Source of the DNA: Eledone cirrhosa
Taxonomy: Eukaryota
Direction of reading: 5' to 3'
Length of the DNA stretch: 64,000 nt
Assembly (NCBI GenBank): GCA_964016885.1
Contig: OZ024761.1
Location: forward strand, 31,248,001 to 31,312,000
The translations under genes were made by a program, and so were the position numbers. The notes beneath the pieces were generated by a model. It did not search any database. It was not told where the DNA came from and saw only the letters and a program-made list of their open reading frames with translations. Positions 30,721-45,276 of the stretch are shown here, piece by piece; position 1 is the stretch's first letter; the number at the start of each line of letters is the position of its first letter.

Positions 30721-31097
30721 GGATATTTTCGAAACAGCGAGTGGCTTTGAAATTATTAGAAATGTAAGCTATCGCCGTATTTTGACTATAGAAATTAAAG
30801 AAAATTATTTAGCCTGATAGTGGGGTTAAGAACCCTCGGATAAATGGAAAAAGATGAGTATTGACGTACATGCGAGTCGAACCCACATATTTGGTTATCC
30901 GGAAAAAGACGGGTGATGTGTTGGTGTAAATGGTAGCACAGTGCACCGGATAACCAAATATGTGGGTTCGACTCCCATGTCCGTCAATACTCATCTTTTT
31001 CCATTTATCCGAGGGTTCTTAACCCCACTATCAGGCTAAATAATTTTCTTTAATTTCTTTAGTCAAAATACGGCGATAGCTTACATTTCTAATAATT
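30718..31097. mobile_element. Fold-back element (~150-bp arms) containing a tRNA-like Pol III head
   Basis: Arms 30751-30902 and 30946-31097; A box tggtgtaaatgg, B box ggttcgactcc. Confidence 0.75.
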
Positions 31098-31104
31098 TAT
31101 ACAT

Positions 31105-31284
<180 letters not shown>

Positions 31285-31286
31285 AA

Positions 31287-31378
<92 letters not shown>

Positions 31379-31381
31379 ATG

Positions 31382-31458
<77 letters not shown>

Positions 31459-31737
31459 GTATGTATATATATATATGTATATGTATGTATATATATATAT
31501 ATGTATATGTATGTATATATATATATGTAAATATATGTATATATATATGTATATATATATGTATATATATGTATATATATATATATATATGTAAATATAT
31601 GTATATATATATGTATATATATATGTATATATATGTATATATATATATATATGTATATATGTATATATATATTTATGTATATATATATATGTATGTATGT
31701 ATGTATATATATCTATATCTATATATATGTATGTATG

Positions 31738-31790
<53 letters not shown>

Positions 31791-31861
31791 GTATGTATGT
31801 ATATATATGTATATATATGTAACTATATATGAATGTATATATATATATGTATATATATGTA

Positions 31862-32475
31862 AGTAGGTATGTATGTATACGTACATACATATATGTATAC
31901 AGACGTACAATAGTATGTATATATATACATACATGCACACATATATATATGCACGTATCGGTCTACCGAACATTTATTATAATGCTCCGTTTGTTTGTAA
32001 ACAAACAAACAGCCCGAATTTCATTCTATTTCATTTATCGTTTTCGGTGTGCCCAGCCGACTGAACTCACTCGATATGCAAATTAGGCTGCTCAGCCGTT
32101 AATATGCATAAGGAAAGTATATACTTTCAGACGTTCAACCATCTGGCAGGAAGGTATACGATGCTGACGATAGCTAATAAGCTATAAACTAGTACATCGT
32201 TCCTGTGTCAGTGTTGAATAAAAAGGTGACGCGGTTGCCCAAACACTGTACGGCGTAATTCGGGCTGTTTGTTTATTTACAAACAAACAGACCGAGCATT
32301 ATAATAAATGTTCGGTAAACCGATACGTACATATATATATGTGTGCATGTATGTATATATATATACATACTACTGTACGTCTGTATACATATATGTATGT
32401 ACGTATACATACATACTCACATTTAAGTAAGTGCCGTACTAAGAATGAGAAATGAAATTTCGTTTCATTCTATTC
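31862..32475 (+). mobile_element. Fold-back pLTR-like element with a hammerhead in the spacer
   Basis: Arms about 31867-32020 and 32257-32416; tail to about 32475. Confidence 0.75.
32158..32200 (+). ncRNA. Minimal hammerhead with a single core mutation (GAAA>TAAA)
   Basis: acgatg-CTGACGA-tagct-aata-agcta-tAAA-cta-GTA-catcgt. Confidence 0.7.
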
Positions 32476-32534
32476 TATATATATGTATATATGTATATAT
32501 ATATGTATGTATATATATATGTATATATATATAT

Positions 32535-32608
<74 letters not shown>

Positions 32609-32654
32609 GTATATGTATATATATATATACATATGTATATATATATATGTATAC

Positions 32655-32805
<151 letters not shown>

Positions 32806-32889
32806 TATACATATATATATATATATATACATACATATATATCATATATATATACATACATATATATATACGTACATATATATATATAT

Positions 32890-32976
<87 letters not shown>

Positions 32977-32981
32977 CATAC

Positions 32982-33030
<49 letters not shown>

Positions 33031-33087
33031 CATATATATATATATACATACATATATATACATATATATATATATACATACATATAT

Positions 33088-33149
<62 letters not shown>

Positions 33150-33619
33150 CAGACAACATATATTACATTGAAAGACATTAATACGACAATATATAGAGTT
33201 TACCTTAACCTTCGGACAGTGGAAGACCTAAAAATTGCCACAACGTTTTATAAAATATATGATGGAGCATTAAAACTGTTATCGTCGCTGTTGCTGTTGT
33301 TGTTGTTGTCGTCGTCGTTGTCTTTATTGGTAAAATGGTTTATTGCAGCAATATCAATAGATATACTAAATATTCATCGAACTGCTGAATATCAGGTCAA
33401 TACACCATCCTCAATTGTCTTGGAAACAATGTTAAATTCAATATATTTACTACCAACCATATGATGCTTTATAATAATATCGAAACGTGATTCTTATATC
33501 AAAACTTTTCATAGCAAGCCGCCTGGAACCGTTCTCAGTTCTTTGATGCAAAGCTATTTATTTCAAAATCTTCCATGTAAGACCCTTTGTTAAGTTATGC
33601 TCCAAACACTAGTTTAATA

Positions 33620-33806
33620 ATTGTTTCTACGTTAGGAACAAGGCCAGCAATTACCCAGTGTATTACTGGTACTTTATTTTATCGACCCCGTAAGGATGAA
33701 AGGCAAAGTTAACCTCGGCGGGATTTGAACTCAGAATGGCAAGGGCCGTAACTCTATGCGTCAAAGCATGGCGTCCGACCCTCTACCAATACTGCCAATC
33801 CACCGC
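33620..33806 (-). mobile_element. Full-length SINE family A with 13-bp TSD
   Basis: cactagtttaata at 33607-33619 and 33807-33819. Confidence 0.9.
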
Positions 33807-34352
33807 CACTAGTTTAATAGTGAGAACATTTATGTTACTAAATCCATAAAAATTCTTCATTTCAATTCCCGCCGAGGTTAACTTTGCCTTTCATCCTTAC
33901 GGGGTCGATAAAATAAAGTACCAGTAATGCACTGGGTATTTGCTGGCCTTGTGCCAAAAGTAGAAACAATTATTTAGAAAATGCTTTGCAGAGTTATGGC
34001 CCTTTACGATCTGAGTTCAAATCCCGCCGACGTTAACTTTTCCTTTCATCCTTACGGATGAAATTCTTGATTATTTTCAATTCTTGATTATTTTCAAAAA
34101 AATCATTTTCAGATACTGCCTATAATATTTAAATATTATAGGCAGTATCTTTCATTAAAAATATAGTAACGAAAGGGTTAAAGTGTTTATAATTATCTAA
34201 AAACTTTCCATTGTATTTATATGTAAGATCCTTTGTTAAGTTACATTCCAAACACTAGCTTAATAATATTTTCAAAATGACTTGAAAATCATAAAAAGGT
34301 TAAAGCTACAATTGAAACGGGCGATGCATAAACATACTTATACACACATATA

Positions 34353-34394
<42 letters not shown>

Positions 34395-34563
34395 AAAATG
34401 GAACGGGAACAAAAACAGAGAGGCAGTTCAAACAAATGTTTACACAGTTCCAGAGTAAACCAACCTTATATATATACGTATATATACACATACATATATT
34501 CATGCATACATACACACATACATATATACACACATACATATATACACACATACATGCATTTAT

Positions 34564-34598
<35 letters not shown>

Positions 34599-34626
34599 CA
34601 AACCTACATACATACAGACATATATA

Positions 34627-34920
34627 TGGTGGCTGCCAACTCGTTTTCGAGTACGGCCACCACTTTATATCCATGTAGGAGAACCCCTACCGATGCGCTG
34701 AACGAGTGTGACATTTTAGTCCAGCCAGCGACTTGAAAACTCTGGTACAAACACTACACGTGTGACAATTATTGACACATAGTGCTGGGCCCATGGTACC
34801 ATGTGACGACAAGTGCAGAGAGATCTTCAGATATATAGCAATGCCTGTGCCGTGAAGCTTTTATAGTGAGCAAAGGCACTGCACAAAGCCAGTCCCACTC
34901 TCTTAACCAAGATGATATTT
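34627..34920. repeat. Unclassified ~295-bp interspersed repeat
   Basis: Near-identical copy at 49841-50133 with the same ends. Confidence 0.85.
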
Positions 34921-35199
34921 ACCAAAAAGAAGAACAAGGCAACATCATTGGATACCATCAGGGTTGCAGGTGTTATATCAGAGTTTTCCTTCTCCTAGAA
35001 TACTGCCTTGACAAAGGCTAAGCGGTCATCTCTCCCGGTGATTTTGGATGGCCATTGACTCTTAAGAGCTCCTTTGCTCTTTGACAGGTTTTGTTTTTAG
35101 TCCTGCAGGATGTCCAAAGTCACCCTCCTCACCAAGAAACTTTGGTGGGGTTGCCGGTTTAGTCGCCAACAACCCGACCATGAGACAGGTTGTACTGGG

Positions 35200-35300
<101 letters not shown>

Positions 35301-35376
35301 AACCTATATACATACGTACATACATACACACACATATATATATACACACAAACCTACATACATACGTACATACATG

Positions 35377-35414
<38 letters not shown>

Positions 35415-35447
35415 CACACACAAACCTATATACATACGTACATACAT

Positions 35448-35499
<52 letters not shown>

Positions 35500-35548
35500 C
35501 GTAAAATAAGAAAATTATAAAATTAACTTACTTACTAAAATTTCACTC

Positions 35549-35597
<49 letters not shown>

Positions 35598-36020
35598 AAC
35601 CTATATACATACGTACATATACATACGTACATATACATACGTACATATACATACGTACATATACATACGTACATACACACAAAAACTACGTAAGAATTAG
35701 TTAAGGGGACGAGTCATTGTTTTGCTATTTGTGAGTTTTTCACTTGAATTAAGTTCCACAACACCAGAAACACTTTGCTCTGACCTTAAGCAGTTGATGT
35801 ATGGGTGGTTCTGTTAAGATGTTCTATTGAGAGGTTCTGCTTCTGGCATTAGAAGCACACACAGTCATATACACTCTCTAGCACTAGGAGTACACTTTAT
35901 TTACATCTTCTACATCTTCCACTACAGGATGTAACGATGACAACGAGTGCTGCCACCAGTTACTAGTGCAGTTGTTGTAGTTGTTGTTGTTGTTGTTGTT
36001 GTTGTTGTATATATATATCT

Positions 36021-36082
<62 letters not shown>

Positions 36083-36169
36083 CATATATATATCTTGTAT
36101 ATACATATATATATATATATGTATGTATATATATATATATGTATGTATATATGAATGTATGTATATATG

Positions 36170-36204
<35 letters not shown>

Positions 36205-36285
36205 GTATATATGTATATATATATATGTATGTATGTATGTATATATGTATATATATATATGTATGTATGTATATATATATATATG

Positions 36286-36322
<37 letters not shown>

Positions 36323-36466
36323 GTATGTATATTGTAAATATATGTATATATATATATATATATATGTATATAATTAAATATATTTAATACTTTTACAATG
36401 ACACGTATTTATAAGTATCATATTAAAAGGCATTGCCTTTTTTGTTTTCTGTGACGAACAAAGATT

Positions 36467-36502
<36 letters not shown>

Positions 36503-36699
36503 GAGAGAGAGAGAGGAAAGGCTGAGAAAGAGAGAAGGAGGAATATTTAGAGAGATAGAAAGCTCTCTACAATGAACCCCTCTTGCTTTTGTCTAAAACC
36601 GTAAGACTAATATAATATTGTTTATCAGTACAAGTGGAGTTCAAGATGTAGGTTAAATCTTAGGGTCTGAATCATATATTTAGTTAAATGTTTTCACTT

Positions 36700-37349
36700 T
36701 ACGAGGGTCGCTTGAACACTTCATAGGCTGACCAAGATACGCTCATGGAATGAACAAATGAGGTTTACTTTTCAAACAAACAATGTAGTTATTAATAAGA
36801 AGAGTTGAAATAGGCTGACGGAGATACTCTCATGGAATGACCAAATGTTGTTTATTTTTCAAACAAACAATGTAGTTATTAATAAGAAGAGTTGAAATAG
36901 GCTGACCAAGATACTCTCATGGAATGACCAAATGTTGTTTATTTTTCAAACAAACAATGTAGTTATTAATAAGAAGAGTTGAAATAGGCTGACCAAGATA
37001 CTCTCATGGAATGACCAAATGTTGTTTATTTTTCAATATAATCCCTAGAAAGAAACAATGCAGTTATTATTAATAAGAAGACGCGATGGGTCAGACGCCA
37101 TGCTTTGACACATAGTGTTATGGCCCTTTCTATTCTGAGTTCAAATCCCGCCGAAGTTAACTTTGCTTTTCATCCTTACGGGGTCGATAAAATAAAGTAC
37201 CAGTAATGCACTGGTTAATTGCTGGCCTTGTGCCAAAAGTAGAAACAATTATTAATAAGAAGAGTTGAAATTAATGCACGCAAGATTTCACAGCTCTAGC
37301 ATCACTCCTTCATAGTCAGCTTATGAACTTTTCATGTGACTCGCGTTAT
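36700..37349. mobile_element. Mariner-derived MITE with internal 87-bp tandem repeat and nested SINE
   Basis: TIRs tacgagggtcgcttgaacacttcataggctga and tcagcttatgaacttttcatgtgactcgcgtta; ataggctgac at 36723, 36810, 36897 and 36984; related ends at 21438, 21860 and 28521. Confidence 0.7.
37082..37247 (+). mobile_element. SINE family A with 16-bp TSD
   Basis: attattaataagaaga at 37066-37081 and 37248-37263. Confidence 0.9.
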
Positions 37350-37452
37350 GCTTAACATATCGGACTAATAGTTTCTTAAAAACTACCCAGGGACATTCTC
37401 TGCATGAAAACAAAACAATGAGGTTTGTTACTAACATAAATAAGCGGCCATC

Positions 37453-38070
37453 AGTTCCACTTCATTGCACTGACACTTCACATCGGTTCCACTTCATTGC
37501 ACGCCCACTTCACATTGTTTCCACTTCATTGCACTGTCACTTCACATCGTTTCCACTTCATTGCACTGTCACTTCACATCGTTTCCACTTCATTGCACTC
37601 TGACTTCACATCGTTTCCACTTCATTGCACTGTCACTTCACATCGTTTCCACTTCATTGCACTCTGACTTCACATCGTTTCCACTTCATTGCACTGTCAC
37701 TTCACATCGTTTCCACTTCATTGCACTCTGACTTCACATCGTTTCCACTTCATTGCACTGTCACTTCACATCGTTTCCACTTCATTGCACTCTGACTTCA
37801 CATCGTTTCCACTTCATTGCACTGTCACTTCACATCGTTTCCACTTCATTGCACTGTCACTTCACATCGGTTCCACTTCATTGCACGCCCACTTCACATT
37901 GTTTCCACTTCATTGCACTGTCACTTCACATTGTTTCCACTTCATTGCACTGTCACTTCACATCGTTTCCACTTCATTGCACCCTGACTTCACATCGTTT
38001 CCACTTCATTGCACTCTGACTTCACATCGTTTCCACTTCATTGCACCCTGACTTCACATCGGTCGTACTT
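37453..38070. repeat. 32-bp minisatellite, about 19 units
   Basis: Unit cacatcgtttccacttcattgcactgtcactt. Confidence 0.95.
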
Positions 38071-38149
38071 CAATGTACTGTGGTTTCACATCTGTTCTGC
38101 ATCATTGCATTGTGATTTCCCATTTGTTCCATACAGTGCACACACGGAT

Positions 38150-38704
38150 GCACACAGACACACAGACACAGATAGACAGACGCGCACACATACACATACA
38201 GACAGACAGATATAGACAGATAAAGACACACACACACACACAGTAACACACACACACACAAACATGCACACACACACATACACACACACAGACACACATA
38301 CACACACACACACACAGACACACACACACATACAGACAGACAGATATAGACAGATAAAGACACACACACACACACAGTAACACACACACACAAACATGCA
38401 CACACACACATACACACACACAGACACACATACACACACACACACACAGACACACATACACATACAGACAGACAGATATAGACAGATAAAGACACACACA
38501 CACACAGTAACACACACACACACAAACATGCACACACACACATACACACACACAGACACACATACACACACACACACACAGACACACACACACATACAGA
38601 CAGACAGATATAGACAGATAAAGACACACACACACACACAGTAACACACACACACAAACATGCACACACACACATACACACACACAGACACAGACACACA
38701 CACA

Positions 38705-38740
<36 letters not shown>

Positions 38741-38844
38741 GACAGACAGATATAGACAGATAAAGACACACACACACACAGTAACACACACACACAAACA
38801 TGCACACACACACATACACACACACAGACACAGACACACACACA

Positions 38845-38880
<36 letters not shown>

Positions 38881-38978
38881 GACAGACAGATATAGACAGA
38901 TAAAGACACACACACACACAGTAACACACACACACAAACATGCACACACACACATACACACACACAGACACACACACA

Positions 38979-39016
<38 letters not shown>

Positions 39017-39024
39017 CTCAGATG

Positions 39025-39060
<36 letters not shown>
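38150..39060. repeat. CA-rich compound satellite, ~125-130 bp higher-order unit
   Basis: Recurring gatatagacagataaagac anchor. Confidence 0.9.
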
Positions 39061-39062
<2 letters not shown>

Positions 39063-39234
39063 GTGTTTTCAATTTAGACAGTCACCGCTCTAATCAACCT
39101 CTGGTCAGTGGGAGAAATCTGACGTGAATATATGATATATTTATATTTAGAGAAGAATTATAAACAAAGGACGGAAATTAGTCTTAACATTTCTAGAAAA
39201 TAACGTAAAATCTCGTTTCTCAAACACTCTAACC

Positions 39235-39887
39235 CAGAGGTTCTCAAAGAGTGTGCTACCCCCCCCCCCCCCCCGGGGGCGTTGAGAAATTCCAGAGGTC
39301 GCTGGAGCGTAAAGGAGTGGAGGGGCACTGCGGTAGAGATGATATAGACTAAAGTCTAAAGTCTGTCCCAAGCCAGAAGGCTCACCAGGCTGGTGCTTAT
39401 CCCGGTTTCGATGGCGTTAAGTGACTGAGAGTACAATACTCCCCTCCCCTGAACAGGACACCAGACCATCGCAGACTAAAACTCCCAGCCATTGCTGGTA
39501 CTAATTTTCAGTTGAGTATACTGGAGCAACATGAAATGAAGTGTTTTGCTCAAGAACACAACACAAAACCCAGCCCAGGAATCGAACCCACGACATTATG
39601 ATATGGTCTGAGTTCAAATCCCGCCGAGGTTCACTTTGCCTTTCATCCTTACGGGGTCGATAAAATAAAGTACCAGTAATGCACTGGTATAATTGCTGGC
39701 CTTGTGCCAAAAGTAGAAGCAATTTTTTTATATATATAAATTTACGATTTTATTTATGATATATTATTTACAATTTGCGCTGTAGGCAGGTCTCTCTGGA
39801 AATAGGGTTGGCGGAGACGGGGGGCGTTGAGGGTATTATGTGGCCGTGAGGTGAGGGAGGAGGCCCCAAAAGGTTTCAGAACCTCTG
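39235..39887. mobile_element. hAT-type non-autonomous element with nested SINEs
   Basis: TIRs cagaggttctcaaa and tttcagaacctctg; 8-bp TSD ctctaacc (39227-39234) and ctccaacc (39888-39895). Confidence 0.75.
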
Positions 39888-40078
39888 CTCCAACCCGAGA
39901 TGTCAGGATGTAACAGCAAACATTTGAAAATTGCAACAAAGTGACTTCTGTGTTGCAAATGTCAACAAACAAAATGGCCGACATCGGTTGCTGATATTGC
40001 AGCACTGAGACAGTTTCTGCAGTCTTAAATACTTCTACGTAGATAAAAAATACATATACATATTTATATATGTATCTG

Positions 40079-40162
<84 letters not shown>

Positions 40163-40527
40163 TATATTTGTATTTGTATATATATATGTATATTTGTATT
40201 TGTATACATATATGTATATTTGTATTTGTATATATATATATCTATATTTGTATATATGTATGTATATGTATATATGCGAATATGTATATATATGTATATA
40301 TACGTATATGTATATATATATATATGTTTATATACATATATATATATGTATATGTATATATATGTATGTATATGTATAGATATATGTATATGTATATATA
40401 CATATATAGGTATGTAAATATATATATATATATATATATAGGTATGTAAATATATATATATATATATATATATGCACATATACATATACATACGTACGTA
40501 CACACGGTACACACACACATATATATA

Positions 40528-40576
<49 letters not shown>

Positions 40577-40689
40577 GTATGAAGATATCTTTAATGTCAG
40601 ATGTTTATAAAAGTGTCATCTGCAGAAAGGAGCAATGGGGTGCTTGTGTCCTCAACAACAAAACCTGTCTTGTATTCACAACACTCCTT

Positions 40690-40738
<49 letters not shown>

Positions 40739-40829
40739 CTGTATGTGTGCACCTGTACTCATGTGTCTGTAAATGTATATGTGCGTGTGCATATGCATGT
40801 GTGTGTGTGTGCATCTGTATGTGTGCATC

Positions 40830-40879
<50 letters not shown>

Positions 40880-40996
40880 CATCTGTGTGTGTATATGTGT
40901 GCTTCACATCCTTTCGGGTGTCGATAAAATAAAGTAGCAGTTAAATACTGAAGACCTTCCCCTAAATTGCTAAATATATATATATATATATATATA

Positions 40997-41520
40997 TTTC
41001 GTTTCTGAATTTGTTAAGCAAGATTCTTTATCTGAAAACGTGTTTTGAAACCGATATTGTTATGCTTTGGGAGGGTCATGTTGCCAATAAGAAACACACG
41101 CACCAGTTGCTTTCACTCCAATTTATTATAAGTTAAATTTATAAATTTAGGAATTTATAAATTTCCTGTTGGTTGGTTGGTTGGTTCCACAACCGGACGA
41201 TTGTTCATATATTGTCACACATTCTGTGACCTCTTCAGTGACTGGGGATTATTTTCTTTGTTTTTGTGACTCTCCTTTGTTCTGTCCTACGCCATCTTGT
41301 TTTTGTGTTTGTTGTGTGCTTAGTTTGCGCATGTGTTATATCCGGGTGTCTCTGTGTGTTTATATTTGTTTATTTACATGTTACTGGTTGGTTGTTTGTT
41401 CTATGTGTGTGTGTGTTTTCATTTTGTCCTTAATTGTAAGTTGTGATGTTGCTATTCGATTCATGCATGGAATAGCAACATCACAATTTACAATTGACCC
41501 TCCCAAAGCATAACAATATA
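40997..41520 (-). mobile_element. Penelope pLTR-like fragment with short inverted end copy
   Basis: 40997-41117 matches 21557-21677 (rc); gaccctcccaaagcataacaata inverted at 41496-41518; degenerate CTGAAGA-ggtcac...gtgac at about 41213-41238. Confidence 0.7.
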
Positions 41521-41540
41521 TATATATATATATATATACA

Positions 41541-41665
<125 letters not shown>

Positions 41666-41799
41666 TTATATTACATATATATACATATCTATCTATCTAT
41701 ATCTATATCTATCTATCTATACTTGGGGAGGGTTATGTTTGTGTAATAATATTGCCAGAATTAATAACAGAACACACTCACTGTCTGGTAGGATGTCAA

Positions 41800-43430
41800 T
41801 AGACAGCATGCCGAGCTACACGAAGGCTATGCAACCCCACATCACCAACACGAGCGAAATTGCACAGCAAATACATGATGGGAGAGAGAAAATCCTCAAC
41901 GCTCACATGATGATGTGGAACGACATCCTAAAGCCAAGCAGACGCACTGCCAACAACTTCCAGGCGTCCAACAATGGCATACCACCCTTGTATGGGCTCC
42001 GCAAAGACCACAAGACAGTCGACGATCCGACAACAGGACCACCAACAAGACCCGTATGCGGAGCAAATATAGCTAGCAACTGTAGTTGCTAGCTATATTT
42101 GCTCTCAATGGTTATACGCCCCATAAAGAAGATGTCCCCAGATGTATGTAACAGTACAGAGGACCTCCTCAGCAGAATCAGTGAGTGCAACAAAAACAGG
42201 AACCTATCCAACTGCATAATAGGCAGAATGGATGTGGTATCACTGTACCCATCCATTGTTATTGATTTTGCTGTGGAAAAATGTGTGGAAATGATCATTG
42301 AGAGTGAGGTGGAGTTCTGCGACGTCGACACAGACGAACTGGGCCTCCTACTTAGACTTACCTACGACACTGACTACCTAGACAGCCATGACCTTAGACG
42401 CTTCTGCCCCAGTAGGCCCATAAGAGGTAGACCCCCCCACCATAACCTCAATGGCAAAAAAGACTCCCATGGGAAGGTGGATTGGGTGGACCAAAGCTAT
42501 ACGGACCCCCCAAAACAATGATCAGGTAAGAAAAATGGTCGCACATGCAATAGGGGCTAGTATCAAAACTACCGTAAAGGGCCACATATTCAAGTTCAAC
42601 GAGAAGATCTACACCCAAAATGAGGGAGCAGCCATTGGCGTCAGCATAGCTGGTGACGTTGCCAACCTTTTTATGGTATGGTGGGAAAGGAGACTCAAAG
42701 ATCTCATCATGTACTCTCGTTACGTAGATGACATCAATATAGTAATAAGGACATCCCCACAAGAGAGCACTAACAAGTTTGATTTAGAACGTAGCACAAT
42801 GGAAAGCATCCAGCAGATAGCTAATTCCATACACCAGAGTATAACTGTAACTATCGACTACCCTTCCAAACACCCTAACAATAGACTACCTGTATTAGAC
42901 ACGGAACTCTGGATTAACGCTATAGACGAGAGAGCCCAAATTCTCCACTCACACTATGCTAAACCCATGGCCTCCAAATACCTGATACTCAAAAACTCAG
43001 CAATGTCCAGTAGTGTTAAGTTTAATATTCTGATCGCAGACTTGGTACGAGTGATGAAGAACGTGTCCCAACAGAAATGGAAAGACACATCCAATACTTC
43101 ATCAACCGCATGCAGTTCTCTGGCTACAACCAAAGAGGCAGAATCAGAGTATACGAAGGAGCCACGGAGAAGTATAAGACCCTCATAGAACTGGACAGAG
43201 GGTACTTGCAGAAACATGACAACAACATACATAGGCGAGACAGCTCGTAGCATAGGTGAAAGGATAGACCAAAACTGGAGGGAACTAAAAGGACGAAAAC
43301 ACGTTTCAGTACCATACGAACATGCCAGACAACAACACAACGGTAACATAGACAACATAGAAGTTATAATAATATCTAAACATAGAAATGACCAGCAGAT
43401 AGGCAAATCAGAGAGGCCAGCGAAATAGAA
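41800..43430 (+). pseudogene. PLE reverse transcriptase plus GIY-YIG endonuclease remnant, with stop and frameshifts
   Basis: LYGLRKDHK..PPTRPVC, MDVVSLYPSI, GAAIGVSIAGDVANLFM, YSRYVDDI, LPVLD, YIGETARSIGER; split over ORFs at 41739, 42099, 42451 and 43216. Confidence 0.9.
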
Positions 43431-43654
43431 CTTAGAAGGCCAAGGCTAAACAAAAAAAATGAATGGAATAACAACAACACCCAAACAAACAACACTGACC
43501 TAAGAGAAGTATAAATAATTAAAAAAATAAATAAATAAATAAATAAATACATACACAAGCACAATAACAACAAATAAATAAATAAATAAATAAATAAACA
43601 GACTAAATAAAGATGGCGTAAGCATACAAAGCAACGGGAGGAAACATAATAGCA

Positions 43655-43695
43655 ACACTGACGATGTTGCAGATGTGCAACGAAAGAACTTTGAT
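43655..43695 (+). ncRNA. Hammerhead-like motif in the PLE pLTR
   Basis: CTGACGA-t-gttgca-gatg-tgcaac-GAAA-gaa-CTT; stem I weak; same motif at 48659-48700 (-). Confidence 0.55.
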
Positions 43696-44004
43696 AGACA
43701 ATATATATGTGTTTGTGTCTATATTGTATCTGTATTTTTGACCGTTGGTCAGTCAATGGCAACATTGAGGACCGAATAAATTAAATTAACCGATATAAAA
43801 GACACAGAAGCGAAAAGCGAAAACCAACCAAACAGTGAGTGTGTTCTGTTATTAATTCTGGCAATATTATTACACAAATATGACCCTCCCCTAGTATAAC
43901 AATATTTATTTCGACACGATTTCATATCAAAAACCTCGCAAAACTATCTATCTATAAATATATATATATATAGAGAGAGATAGATAGATATGTATATATA
44001 TGTA

Positions 44005-44047
<43 letters not shown>

Positions 44048-44065
44048 TAGATATGTATATATATG

Positions 44066-44113
<48 letters not shown>

Positions 44114-44193
44114 TATATACGTATATATATATATATATATATATAAATATACAATATATTAACAAATGGAAACTATATTTATAAAACCATATT

Positions 44194-44258
44194 TATTTCA
44201 TTATACATATTTCAAGGACACCAAGTTAAATTATGGTGTGCTTTCATCAGATAAAATA
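44194..44258 (-). ncRNA. Minimal type I hammerhead ribozyme
   Basis: tattttat-CTGATGA-aagcacacca-taatttaact-tggtgtcctt-GAAA-tatgt-ATA-atgaaata. Confidence 0.8.
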
Positions 44259-44478
44259 TAATATAGAGCAGTTTTATAAATAAATATTGACATACCCTTA
44301 AAGAATGCGACCATTTCTGTTGGAAGCTCCCGGATATCAGTTATAAAAAATATTTGCTTGTTGTATCCCAATAATTTAAATAGAACTTCTACATATATAA
44401 ATATATATATATACATACATATATACATCTACACACACACACGCAAATACAGACACACGCACATATATATATGTATAT

Positions 44479-44511
<33 letters not shown>

Positions 44512-44644
44512 ATATATATATATATATATTTAGAGAGAGAGAAAGAGAATTAGAAGAATTTTAAGCTTGGTGAAGAAATATTCGTCTATAAACTGGAACT
44601 AACATTATATTTCGTTTCTGTGAATCTTAGATTTGGTAGTGTAA

Positions 44645-45025
44645 CAGTCACTACCACCACCACCACTACCATCGCCATCATCGCCACCACTACCATCGCC
44701 ACCATCGCCTTCACTACCATTGCCACCACCACTACCATCGCCGCCACCTCCACCACTACCATCGCCACCACCACCACCACTGCCATCGCCACCACTACTA
44801 TCGCCACCACTACCATCGCCACCACCACCACCACTACCATCGCCACCACCACCACCACTACCATCGCCACCACCACCACTACCATCGCCACCACCACTGC
44901 CATCGCCATCACCACCATCGCCACAACCGCCATCACCACCATCACCACCACCAACATCATCACTACCATCACTATCATCGTTGTCATCAACACTATCTTC
45001 AATACAGTTACCACCACCACCGCTG

Positions 45026-45057
<32 letters not shown>

Positions 45058-45103
45058 GTTACTACTACTGCTGCTGCTACTGCTGCTGCTACTACTGCTA
45101 CTG

Positions 45104-45159
<56 letters not shown>

Positions 45160-45178
45160 GCTACTACTACTGCTGCTG

Positions 45179-45241
<63 letters not shown>

Positions 45242-45245
45242 TTTT

Positions 45246-45276
<31 letters not shown>

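Larger units (their letters stand above)
41718..43945 (+). mobile_element. 5'-truncated Penelope-like element with inverted 5' pLTR fragment and 3' pLTR
   Basis: 41718-41789 is the reverse complement of 43827-43898; RT and YIG motifs inside; microsatellite-flanked. Confidence 0.9.

Noticed and set aside
30908-30986. Functional tRNA gene
   Set aside because: Extra bases before the D arm and no proper anticodon stem; treated as a tRNA-derived head
37453-38070. 32-bp repeat resembling a CRISPR array
   Set aside because: Units are contiguous with no unique spacers; no cas genes; eukaryotic context
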